A stretch of DNA of 62,929 nt, filler included, from Kipferlia bialata (Eukaryota), in NCBI GenBank assembly GCA_003568945.1. It is 5 parts of 5 records of this genome, joined end to end, with 100 filler letters (N's around TTAATTAATTAA, not from the genome) between each part and the next. Parts side by side here need not be neighbours in the genome. Positions count along the whole stretch, not along the records: positions 11,590 to 29,690 come from BDIP01000492.1; 4 more parts are not named here. One strand, 5' to 3'. Position 1 is the first letter of the stretch. Each line of letters opens with the position of its first letter. A program made the translations under genes and the position numbers. The notes beneath the pieces are model-generated. The model saw nothing but the letters and a program-made list of their open reading frames with translations, was not told where the DNA came from and did not search any database. Shown here one piece after another: positions 11,670 through 25,370 of this stretch.

Positions 11670-14011
11670 GCAAGTCCTCTGCCCTGCGTGTGCTGTGTGG
11701 CCTGTGGGACCATGAGAGAGGCACCATCGAGAGACCCCATGCCATAGGGAACAAGGGTATGAGGATACATATATATACTAGACACATATATCCTGGAGAG
11801 AGACAGGATAATCTGAACCATGCAATCAATACCTTTTCTTTGTACGCCAATCTACCCCTCTTCTTGTTTCATATCTCCCCCTCTCTTGTTGGCTCTCTGT
11901 TATTCTCTCCGTGTAATTCTATCTCACCCAGGCATCTTCTTCGTGCCTCAGTCCACATACATTGTGCACAACAGAATTGATATATGTTAATGTATTTACA
12001 TATACAAATATATATTCCTATATACATGTATATACATCTAACTCACTAGGCATCTTCTTTGTCCCCCAGTCCACCTACATCGTGCACAACGGCAGTCTGA
12101 GGGCACAGATATGTTACCCAATCCCCGAAGGTAAGGTTGTCTATCATCTAGCATTACTAGTAGGATATGCCTGTTCTTAGCAAAAGGCGTACCCAATCCC
12201 TGAAGGTGTATATGAATATGTGTGTGTCTATAGAATTCACACTATACATTGCTTATATGCGATGATATTCTGAGGGCCCAGATATGCTACCCCATTCCCG
12301 AAGGTATATATGTATGTGTAGGTGTGTGTCTATAGAAGTCACAGTATGTATTGCATATCTGCGATGATTTTCTGAGGGCACAGATATATGCTACCCAATC
12401 CCTGAAGGTATGGTACTCTCTACCCATTGAATATATGTCCCATTGTCAATTCTTTAATCAACATGACCATTCCTCATACTAGGCACTGTCTGCAACACCC
12501 CTGACTATGTTTAAGTCTGCCATTTGGCTCTCTCCGTCCCCTCTCTCTATTGTATTATTATATCATCTATGTATATGAAGTAATATATTTACACTTACCC
12601 CAGGCACTGTCTGCAACACCCCCGACTATGTGTTTGAGTCAGCCATGGGTCTGTGCAACCTGGACTATCTGCTGGGGAGGTATCATATATATATATATAT
12701 ACACATGTATCTACATATACTCCTTGCGGCTATATATATATATATGTAGAGAGAGAGAGAGAGCGAGAGAGTATTGGTAGTCTACCATGGGGTTGTGCAA
12801 CCTGGACTACCTGCTCGGGAGGTATATTATTCATACACATACACTAGCTAGATGTTGGCAAGTATGGTTGCCCGTGAGCTGAGAGTCTCTAATGTCTATG
12901 CGATGCTATCAGTATCACCTCTTACCCTTAGGTGCCCTCTCGAAGAGTATACCGAAGTGTGTGGGGATATGTATCTTTATAGAGAAGAATATGTGCTAAA
13001 TAGTTACTAACCCTTCAGGTTCACTCTGGACTCCAAGGAGCCCTGGGCCGAGATCCTGTCAGGTATGTGGTGTCATATCTCCTTCTCTCTCTCTCTCTAC
13101 ACCCTTTATTCACTTACCCTCCAGGTGGAGAGAGGCAGCGTCTGGGTCTTGCCCGTCTTCTCTTCCACTCCCCTGCCTTTGCTGTGATGGATGAGTCAAC
13201 AGCGGCTCTGCCTATTGACATAGAGGCTAGGTACAGACAGAAGTTCATATACATACCGTAAATATGTGTATACGCTATAGTTGTCCGAGGGTCTCCAGAA
13301 GTATCACTATCTGTCCCAGAATGTATTCTTTATATGTACATTGTGTGTATGAATGGTATATCTCTAACCCCCAGCATTCTCTCCGAGTGTGTCTCCTGGG
13401 GCATCACCCTACTCTCTCTCTCTCTATCTCCCACTGTCCCTCTTTCTGACTATATGACTATATTATGTATCATGAGTATCTAACACTAGCATCCTCTCCG
13501 AGTGTGTCTCTAGAGGCATCTGTCTCTCTCTCTGTCTATATATATCCATATAGGTATATCCATAGTATCTAACACTAGCATCCTGTCCGAGTGTGTCTCC
13601 AGAGGCATCACCCTACTCTCTGTGGCACATAGACAGACAGTGTACAGGCACCACAGATACAACCTGCACGTCACAAAGTGAGTATAGACCATTGACACCA
13701 TTGACATAATTACACTATATCATTGCATAGACAGACAGTGTACAGGCACCACAGATACAACCTACATGTCACAAAGTGAGTATACACCATTGATACAATT
13801 GACACAATAACACTATATCATTGCATATACAGACAGTGTACAGGCACCACAGATACAACCTGCATGTCACAAAGTGAGTAGAGGCAGACATTTCACCACA
13901 ATACTAACTCCCAAGTCTTATAGAGGTGCTGTGCTGATATATATCCGTGTACATCTTTAGCTTACAGTCAGGGAGGGATGGGAGCTGAGGGAGTTTGTCA
14001 ACCAGGATTAA
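11670..14011 (+). CDS. ABCD-subfamily half ABC transporter, C-terminal nucleotide-binding domain (5' truncated)
   Basis: Spliced exons give GKSSALRVLCGLW (end of Walker A), IFFVPQSTYIVHNGSLRAQICYP, WAEILSGGERQRLGLARLLFHSPAFAVMDESTAAL (signature and Walker B), GITLLSVAHRQTVYRHH and KEGWELREFVNQD*. Introns contain echo copies of exon ends. Confidence 0.85.
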
Positions 14012-14601
14012 GAGAGAGAGAGAGAGAGAAAGAGAGAATGAATGAGTGAAGTATGGAGAACAGCACCCTTTCAGTCGATGATAGTTCCTTGTGCGTGTGT
14101 GGACTTTCAAAGATTAAGGAGGGTTAGCCTGTCTCTGTGTGTAATGAATAGAATGTGTACTTGACTCAGTCTTCACTCTTGACCAAGGACCTTGGCAAGG
14201 CCAGAAAGGGAAATGAGACTCATTCACTGCCATAATGATTGTGAATTATTGGTTTGGTTACGGTTACAGTGTTTGGTGCCACATCATACTTTCTGTGAGT
14301 GTGAATCAAACACAACACACATCTATTGCATACAACCATTCCTTTCAATTCGGCGCTTCTCTGACTCTGTCACACACTCTCTCTCTCTTTCACGCAGATC
14401 CCTCTCTTTCTCTCTCCCTCTCTCTCACACACATTCTCTCTCATCTCTCAAGCAGATGCATCCCTCTCTCCGTCTCTCTCTCTACGTCTCTATCACTCCC
14501 TTTCAAGCAGAGGCCTCCCTCTCTATCTGTACATAGCCCAGGGTGCCATCAACCAGAGAGAGAGGAGTCCCTCTCTCTCCCTTTCTATCAGCCATTCGGT
14601 C

Positions 14602-17600
14602 TCACACTGATACCTCCCTCTCCTCCCTCTCTATCTGCACATAGCCCAGGGTGCCATCGACCACAACAGTGTCACCGTCCTAATGATTAGACTTATGGAT
14701 ATATGGATATGTGCTGTATACTAATTGATATTGAATACATATGATATACAGATGTTATACAGGGTCCCATCCACCACAACAGTGTCACCGTCCTATTTCA
14801 TTAGAAATACACTAGAATAGAGCATATACAATTATGAAGATCGATTATGTTGTAGTACAAGTAGCCACTGCCACGAACACCCCCCTATCTCTCTGTCTAT
14901 ATGTCTATGTATACATGTACAGTATATTGACACACTACCTTGATCTGTGTACATGCAGCTGCCACTGAGACCACACCTGGCAGGCCCAGCTCCCTGAGGT
15001 GAGGAAGTATTAATAATTCTCATAGTATGGATTACAAGTGTTTCATATGAATAGAGTATGTATATATAAGTATTGTCTCACCTAGCCACGACTGATCCGT
15101 GTGTGAGGTTTCCCCCCACCTCCAGCACAATGGCAGAGGCCAGAGAGAAGACAGAGGTCCAGCCTGTTAATAAGGGGCTAGAGAGAGAGAGAGAGAGAGA
15201 ATGTAGGACAATGGCAGACGCCAGGGAGAAGACAGAGGTCCAACCTATAATAAGGGTCTAGAGAGAGAGAGAGATTGTAGGGAGACTACAACATGAATTC
15301 GAATAAGCCCTTTGGAAGGTAAACATATTATGATTATTCAATAACAGTGTAACACACCTGGGTCCGAGAATGGAGCCACCAGGATGTCTCCCTTCTGAAG
15401 CCTGTAATGAGAAGTGGCCGAAACAAGATAAAGCGTAGAAGGCAACGCATACACAATTTCAGTGTCAGATTGGCAGTAGTATCTTGCATGTATTCCAGAA
15501 GAGTACCTGTGGGCGTCTGAGAGCTTCTTGATGACTCTCGCTGTCCCTCTCACTCTGCCGCTGGAGACACCTGGGGGTGGATAGAGGGTGTAGAGGGATT
15601 GCACTAGAGAGAACAAAGGGTGTAGAGGGAGAGAGAGTTCACAGAAGCAAATAGAAAAGTGTAGATATGGAAAGAAAGACAATTTGTCCAGGTGTAATAG
15701 GAAGAATGTGTAGGCCTATCTATACCTAGCCCTGCCAGTGCCCCCTCTGGCACATTGGCACTAGTAGTATATGCTGTATAGTATCTATTAGTACACACAG
15801 CGATATATATACTTATACTATATATATGTGTGAGTATACCTAGCCCTGCCAGTGCCCCCTCTGGCACATTGGCAGTGACCAATATATATAGTATATCCCA
15901 CACATACATTCATATCCATATCCATCTATATATATACAATAGTACCTGGCCCTACTACTTCATGAGTGTATATGAATATTATATACACGGTTACCTAGTC
16001 CAGGCAGAGCCCCCTCTGGCACATTGGCACCCCTGCCAAGGGCACCGTCATGCACACAGCTAGGGTTAGGATATATACATATATATTAATATATATATAC
16101 ATATATATATCGATACTAGGGCCCATGTGGGCCTAGTACTAGTATATTTAGGATTCCCATATGTCAATTGATATTGCATCACAATGGATATATACACACA
16201 CACATACATTGGGCCCCGACTATGGCTACGATGCCATTATTATCAGGTATGATGCATATGCACTTAAACATCGTGTGTTGTTTCCACATTTCTATACTAC
16301 TGTGCAATTCGCAGGTATACAACCTCGTTTGTCACTATTGCTCATACACATACCCATCCAGTGTTGTTATCACACGGCGCACAGGAGGCTTGGTCTCCAT
16401 CACATCGAGGTACCGGGCTAGCCTTCAGGTTAGTTTGCAGTATATATCGCACTTTGCAAACTCTATATCATCGAGATTATGTATGTATACTCCCAGGGTG
16501 TACATATATCTCCTACCTATCCCTAAGTGTGCCCAAGGTGGGAACCCGAGCTAGGTCAGGGGAAGGGCCGGAGTCAAGGGCTGAGAGGTAAGCTGTAAGA
16601 ACTCAAGAACCTTAATAACACGGCTGCCAGTCCATATTGTGGACGTACATAACAGTGAGGCACAATTCACGCCTATCTGTATCATACTACATACATATAC
16701 TATATCTATATATATAAATCCAACATACCTTCTGCCATTGCAATGACCTCTCTGAATGTGTAACGCTTTCGTATATATATTACATTTACTATATTACATA
16801 TTAATTGAACATATATATTGTAGTATTATACAAGTGAATACCTTCTGCCATTGCAATGACCTCTCTGAATGTGCACATGCTGGCAAGGCCCCTGGGAGTC
16901 AGAACAAGTGGATAGTATGTATACACATACATTATGGATGTATATACACTAATAGTTTCTTTTGCTGGCAAGGCCCCTGGGGTGTAAAAACAAGTGGGAG
17001 CGGAATTACACTGTGAGTGTATTCATCAGTATACTCTTCACTCTTCTCACAGTCTCTGTCTCTAGGTCCCACCCACAAACAAGTACCATATATACACAGG
17101 GGAATACCACAAATCACCACTGTTACCACTCATTCTACACTGTACCTCACAGTCTCTGTCTCCAGGTCCACATCCTCATAGATACCCTTGTCCATGCAGC
17201 CCTGGACAGCCTCCTGGGGGTCAAACAGAGAAAGTATGCATATATATATATATATATATATATCTAGCATATGTATGCAGAGGGTGAGGAGATGGTATAT
17301 AGCAGGTATAGGACACAGCCCTGGATAGCCTCCTAAGGGTTAATAGAGTGACAAAGAACACGTAAAGAAAAGAGAAGGTGAATCACCCTTTGGTAGACCA
17401 CATGACAATGGTGGATTGGGAGATGTTGGGTTGAAGGGCGAAAACGAAAGGAGCAATCATCATATGGGTAACAAATGTACCCACCTCCGCCATGAGAGAT
17501 ATCTCCACAATGTGAGTATGTAGAACAAGAACTATGGGAGTACATTCATACTACACTATACTATGTATTTCTATCATAATATACCCACACACCTCCGCCA

Positions 17601-20600
17601 TGAGAGATATCTCCACAATGTGCCTCATGATGACGTTCTTGGGCACCTCTCTGCAGCCTTAGGGTCAGAAGTATGGTGTCAAACAGTATACTTCATATTC
17701 ATACTATTCATACCTCCACACTCCCTCAGGATGGCACAGTCCCTGTGGAACTTGGCCCTCTTCCTGCCAGACAGAGACGCGCTGATCCTAAGGGTGAGTC
17801 ATGTAGAACTAGAATACATACCCGACTACAATAGATGTCTATGAATACATATATCAACGTCTCAGAATATAGAGCATATACTACTAATCTATGTCGCCCA
17901 TATATTAGTATACCTCTCCATGGCCTCCAGGCACTGAGACTCGAGACTGACATATATATACACACACACATATATATATATACATATGTACTTCTATTGT
18001 ATACACTGCGTCCTCATATGTATACAAATCATATAAATCTATATGTATACCTCTCCATGGCGTCTATGCACTGTGACTGGTGGCTGGCAAAGTCAGTCTC
18101 GCCCTGAGAGTTAGTAATAGCACTAAAAACAAGTGTGTGTGACAGAGAGTGGGAAAGAGACTGTGACTAGAGAATAGGAAGGTCAGTCCCGCCCTACAAG
18201 ATTGAGAGAGAGAGAGAGAAAAGAAGGATATATGTACCTTGAGTGTATGAACTTCACTCTACAAATATACGTGTATACATACATAATAGTATCTATACCA
18301 TTGTCAAATACACATTAACATGTATATGCGTGACTCTACCTGCTTCAGGATGGCCACAGCCTCAGGCGGCAGGTCAGTCCATGCCCAGTCGGCCTAGTGT
18401 AAGACAGAGAGATACAGTATACACATATTGACACTCTGCATCCAAGTCAGGCTATTGTTAGACAACACAAATACATGAATATACATAGATATAGATATGA
18501 ATACATATATATATATGCTGTACCTCCCCCTCCTCACAGTGTGTCTGCACCCTCTTGAGCATGCCAACAACGGTGGTCAGAATGCTAAGATTAGAAGAGA
18601 GTCAACAGATATATATGTGGATACATATTGTATATATATACTGACACTACACCCTCTTGAGCATACCAACACTGGTGGTCAGGATACTGGAAAGTGAGAA
18701 GATGGATGCTACTTGAATAATGTAGATGTATAATTATGCTATATACATCCATACCTTGTTGGGTCCTCGTTGAGCCTTGGCCTCCCAATGTCAAACTCAC
18801 AGGGGCCACGGTGCATCCAGGTCTGCATGACCCTAGGGGTAAGTATATATACATGAGTGCATAGAACACATGAATCTATGGTATATATATACAAATGCAT
18901 GTAGGTAGACACACTGTGCACCCAGGTCTGCATGACCCTAGGGATTAGTAACACTATCGTATAGTATACGCATGAAGGTAGGAATAATACATATACTGCA
19001 TATACCTCTTTACAGCACTGTGGAACTCAGGGTATTCTGTCTGCAGGGACCCCACAAACTATACAGTATATATAGTATATCTATATATATCTATATATAT
19101 ATATAGTATATAGTGATATCATACCTCTTTATGGATGCATGGAACTCGGGGTACTCAGTCTGCAGTGACTCCACAAACTCCACAGTCTGTCTGGCCTCGA
19201 GGAAGATGTCTGGGGTGCCTGTGGCCTAATGGTTAGGACACACTGGTGGGAATAGTAACACAATATCAACTATACACACACACTAATTCATAAAAGCAAT
19301 ATACTGAATCGTGTACTCTATACACACCTCCCTGACCCATGGTGTCTGTAACAGCGGTATACACATATAAACTCACTATATATATATATAGTATATATAT
19401 AGTATACATATATATATCTATATATATATACTACATACACACCTCCCTGACCCATGGTGTCTGTAGGAGCAGTGGCACCAGGGTGGGGTTGAGGGTGTTG
19501 CATCTGACGGCCTGGGGTTACGTATAATATGGGATATCAAATGATATATGTATACAATAGGAGTACTGTACCTCAGTGGCTAGTGCAGCTATATCTCTGT
19601 TCATCTCTGCCGTTGGGTTGTGGTCCATGGCCATCACAAGTATATGCTATANNNNTCATCTCTGCCGTTGGGTTGTGGTCCATGGCCATCACAAGTATAT
19701 GCTATATATACATATACTATATACATATACTATACACATATATATACACTATGTACCTCTAAGGCCAGAGCTGCAATGTCCCTGTTCATCTCAGCCGTTG
19801 GGTTGTGGTCCATGGCCATCACAAGTAAATATATATGTATACAACACATCTATACACACACACATATATATATATATATATACTACACTACCTCTACTGC
19901 TAGGGATGCTATGTCCCTGTTCATCTCTGCCGTTGGGTTGTGGTCCATGGCCATCACTAGCAGGGCAGGGTCAGCACCGATGGCCTCAAAGAGAGGGGTG
20001 ACCCTCTTCTAGAGGGTTAGCCCACGAGTATATACACATATATATATTTAGGGGCAGGGTCAGCTCACCATATACGAATATATATATGTGTAAGCATGAA
20101 TATACTTACGCATACCTTGCATGCCATCTTGCATATGAGTGGTCCAACGTCATCAACAACATATATACATATACATTAAATGCAGTCTAGATATCTATAA
20201 ATACACAAGCACTGTGTACACAAGCATATATATGTGTGTAAGTACACTACCTTGCACGCCATCTTGCATATGAGTGGTCCAACGTCATCAGCAACAGCTG
20301 AGGCACTATCAAGGGAGGCCTCGAATGCTACTCTGATATATTAGGGGTGTAGGGGGAGAGAGACAGAGAGAGAGAGAGAGAGGCAGAGTCAAGGGAGGCC
20401 TGGAAGGCAACTCTGATATATATGGGGTGTAGAGAGAGAGAGAGAGAGAGAGAGCACTGTCAAGGGAGGCCTCGAAGGCTACCCTATGTATTAGGGGTGT
20501 AGAGAGAGAGAGAGAGAGAGACAGAATGGCACTGTCAAGGGAGGCCTCAAAAGGTACTCTATGTATAAGGGGTGTAGAGGGGGAGAGAGATAGAAAAGGG

Positions 20601-20730
20601 AGCCAAGAAAGGCCACACTATGCATAAGGGGTGTAGACAGAGAAGAGAGAGATATACCCACCTGAGCCTGTCTGAGAGAGAGGCCTCGGGGAGCAGGGCC
20701 TCGACCTGGAGGGTAAGATAAGTATACAGA

Positions 20731-20761
<31 letters not shown>

Positions 20762-21299
20762 TGATAGAGAGAGAGAGAGAGAGAGACTGAGGCCTTGGGG
20801 GCAGGGCCTGGATCTAGGTGTTCAATACGAATATGTGTATGTGTAGACCTATCACGGTAAAGATGTGCATATACACAAATACACTATACCTGTGCCACCC
20901 TGCACTCCTCCACATGGCAGAGGTAGTTGGCCCTCGGCTAAATGTATACTAATATGTATATATATATATATATATATATACNNNNNNNNNNNNNNNNNNN
21001 NNNNNNNNNNNNNNNNNNNNNNNNNNNNNNNNNNNNNNNNNNNNNNNNNNNNNNNNNNNNCCAATTGATTAACTGTATATATTACCTGTGCCACCCTGCA
21101 CTCCTCCACATGGCAGAGGTAGTTGGCACCAATGGGTCTGGCGGCTATGGTAAGTAGAGGGATGACACGTAAATATATGGTTATAGGTATAGATATAGAC
21201 ACCTCTATGTACAGAGCTGTGCAGAGAGGGTGAGTAGGTATGAAGATGACAATGCGTAGTTGGCACCAGTGTGTCTGGCGGCTATTGTTAAGAAGTGAT

Positions 21300-21331
<32 letters not shown>

Positions 21332-24300
21332 GTATATATAGATATGATCCCATACCTGCGAGTGACTCCTCCAGAGTGTCCTGCAGCATGTCCTGAGGGT
21401 GAATAAAGGGCGTAGAGGGAGAGAATAAAGGGTGTAGAGGGAGATAATAAAGGATGTAGAGGGAGAGAATAGAGGGTGTAGGAAAAGGGCATAGGTCATC
21501 ACACCTTGTTGTTTCTGACCCTTCTGATACTCTTGACTATGTATGTATATTTATATACACACATACAATCACATATGTACTTATAATGAACTGACCTTGT
21601 TGTTCCTGACACTTCTGATACTCTTGACTATGCCCCACAGTCTCCTGAGGGGGGATGGTATATATATATACACATACATACTCATATATATACATATATA
21701 TATATATATATTGAACTGACCTTGTTGTTTCTGACCCTTCTGATGCTCCTGACTATACCCCACAGTCTCCTAAGGGGGGCAGCCAGGAAGAAGGAGTGGG
21801 TCTTGTCGATCTAGTCATAAGTCATAAGCCATGCAACAATATATAGAGTATAGTAGGTAGTCCGTAGCACAAGTAGTATGAGTAGATGACAAGGAAGAAG
21901 GAGTGGGTTTTGCCGATCTAAAGCGTTAGTGGGGCTATTCTATGAATATGGAACAGAATACTGAAACCATAGATTCGACTCACTCATCAAAATATATATC
22001 TCCGTTCCTCCCCTCTGTCTCTCTCCATCTATTAATTGTCTTTACATATATGGGTACAATGTACATGTGTATACCTTCCCGTTCCTCCCCCTTGGCTTGT
22101 ACCTCTTACTCCATGTCATATATGCATATCGCATTAATTACCTAGACACCTATGGAGTGTGTATATACGTTGTTGTTTGAGAGTATATACCTTTCCTTTC
22201 TTCCCCCTTGGCTTGTACCTCTTGTATAAGTGTACCCCTTATCTCTCTCCATCTATTAATTGTATTCACATATATATGCATGAATATATGTGTCATACCT
22301 TCCCGTTCCTCCCCCTTGGCTTGTACCTCCTACTCCATGTCATATATACATATCATATTAAGTACACCAAGAGTGTGTATACACTGTTGTTTGAGAGTAT
22401 ATACCTTCCCGTTCTTTCCCCTTGGCTTGTACCTCTTACTCCATGTCATATATGCATACCATACTATTTACAGTGACACCTGCAGAGCGTGTATATATGT
22501 TGTTGTTTGAGAGTATGTACCTTCCCGTTCTTGCCCCTTGGCTTGTACCTCTTCCACAGGGGGGACTGCTGGGCAGCAGCAAGGGCGGCATCGACCTTTA
22601 GTAAGGTGCTATTACACTATACACATCTACATGTACATAGTGTATTGAAAATAGTATATAGTGTATAAATAGGACTGCTGGGCAGCAGCTAGGGCGGCAT
22701 CGACATTCAGTAAGGAGTATAGTACTATAACACACTATACATGATTAATGTATAGTAGCACAAATCTATCTGTATATGTACATATATATCCATCATGAGC
22801 AGTGAATATTGGCAATAGAATAGAGTATATATGTGTAATAATAGTATGAATGTATCTATATACACCTGTGGGTCTGATGCAGCTCCTATGTCCATCATGA
22901 GGAGTGTATATTGGCACTATTTTTGACAATACTTGTATAATAGTAACAGTAATACATATATCTCTATACACCTGTGGGTCTGATGCAGCCCCGATATCCA
23001 TCATCAGGAGTGTGCTTCTGAGGAGACGGTTGTGGGTGAGCATGCCTATTGTTACAAGAGAAAATGGGAGAGAGGGAAAGGGAATAGAGAAATCAATGTG
23101 TAGAAAGACTTGAGGTGTGCGTGTTTGCCTAAGACACACAGGAAAAGAATGAGAGAGTACTTGCCTGACACGTCGCACCACAGGTTGAACTGGTCATCCT
23201 GGGGGGTGAGTTGATCGTAGTATAGAGAGTATATATAGTGTAAATCGTATTAATAATATATAGTATCAGTATCAGTATATACTGAACGGTCATCCTGGGC
23301 GAGAAGAGCATATTGATCCGAAGACGTAGCGGAGTCCTATTACTATCATATGCGTCTGCATTTAGGTATACCTGCAATGTGCTTGGGAACCTGTCCACCC
23401 CTGTGCCTGTATCTAGACCCCTCAGGGCAGACATGAAGGAGGCACCGCCTAGAGTAAGAGACTGTATGGGAAACATACACGTACTGATATATACATATAT
23501 GGAGAGTATATGTCGTATATATGTATCTAGACCCCTCAGGGCAGACATGAAGGAGGCACCGCCTACAGGGTGAGAGATAGACACACATACACACACACAC
23601 ACACATATATATATACACAAATATAGAGAGAGAGAGAGAGAGAGGGACAGAGAGACGTACCGAGGGGTGTGATGGGGTCACTCATGTTCAGTATCAGTAT
23701 ATACTCTCTCATATACGTATATACACATATTTACACACACATATATACATACACATTAATAGATAGAGAGAGGGAGGGAGAGACGTACCGAGTGGTGTGA
23801 TGGGGTCACTCATGTTCTGGAGGGGGCCTGACAATAAGGGTGTAGAGAGGGGGAGAGATACTAGACTCATTCATATACAAAGGATAGTAAATTGGAAGCT
23901 ACGGTAAGGGTGTAGTGGAGAGAGGAGTAGTTTCAAATGTCATTGACAAAGACATGGCAAATAATAGTTGTGAAAAGCTACCATTAATGACACGGCAAAC
24001 AATAGTTGTGAAAAGCTATTGATGATGACGCACCGAAGTTGAATAGAGAAAGAGAGAGAGAGAGAGAGACGCACCGAAGTTGACTAAGATGTGCTGCACT
24101 GTGTGATCTGGTGTCTTGCCAGTGGCCACGATGTCCATGAGCTGGGGGTGGGATATTGCAATTCAATATTGNNNNNNNNNNNNNNNNNNNNNNNNNNNNN
24201 NNNNNNNNNNNNNNNNNNNNNNNNNNNNNNNNNNNNNNNATACGTATTATACATTATAGTATTGTATGCCAGTGGCCACGATGTCCATGAGCTGAGGGTG

Positions 24301-25330
24301 GGGTGATGAAGTGAAATATAGAAGTGTAGAAAGGAACATAATCTACAATAGAATATTTCTATTCATTGGGGTGCGCCATGGAGACAATATGTACACACAC
24401 ATGTACATATACATCGATGGATATATATATGTCTATATATGCATATGCACTATATACTCACTACTACCTCCATCCTGACAGCCTGAGTTGAGTGTAGCAT
24501 GGAGTATATCAACTACTAACAATACTGAACTTACATATTCGTACTCATATACTGCACACATGTCTCATACAATGTACTGTACCTCCCTCCTTACAGCCTG
24601 TGTGGGGTGCATCATCGAGACAATATACACTAAGGTATATATATGGCTGTGTACTATATACTATATACCTCCCTCCTGACTGCCTGTGTGGGGTGCATCA
24701 TGGAGGACGGGACAGGGCTGAAGGTGATCCTGAGGGTCGGAAACGTATGTATTCTCACATGACCCATTAGCAATAATTGTTTCTAGTAAAAACTATATAT
24801 ATCATTGATACATCATGTTTGTATCATAAAAGACTGTTACTAGTATAGTATACACATATATATATATATGCTCACATATACATACCTCGGTGCATCGAAG
24901 AGTGATGTGATGGGCCGAGACTCCCTCTCTACACTATCTCTCTGTCTAAACATATATATAGTATCTCTCTGTCTAAACATATATATAGTATCTCTCTGTC
25001 TAAACATATATACTATTATAGTGTTCCCTGATATATATAAATGTATGTGTTTACACATATGTACCTAGGTGCATCGAAGAGTGATGTGATGGGCCGGGAC
25101 TGCAGGATGTACAGCTCTCTGTCGTTGCCTGAGGGTAAGAGTATGTATGAAGTGAGTATAGGGGCACTATCAATAGTATCTCTCATGTTACGGCAGATGT
25201 CTGTTGATATATATGGACGTGCCTGTTACCTGAGGATTAGAAGTATATCTCAAAAAGTCTCCGTATTTACAGAGATACCCTCGTGTCCCTTGTCCACACA
25301 AACTCGATGTCCTGGGAAAACTCATCTCTT

Positions 25331-25370
<40 letters not shown>

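Noticed and set aside
19601..19706. Perfect ~50-bp direct repeat on either side of NNNN (19652-19655)
   Set aside because: Identical copies abutting a gap indicate unmerged overlapping contig ends; excluded from the echo evidence.
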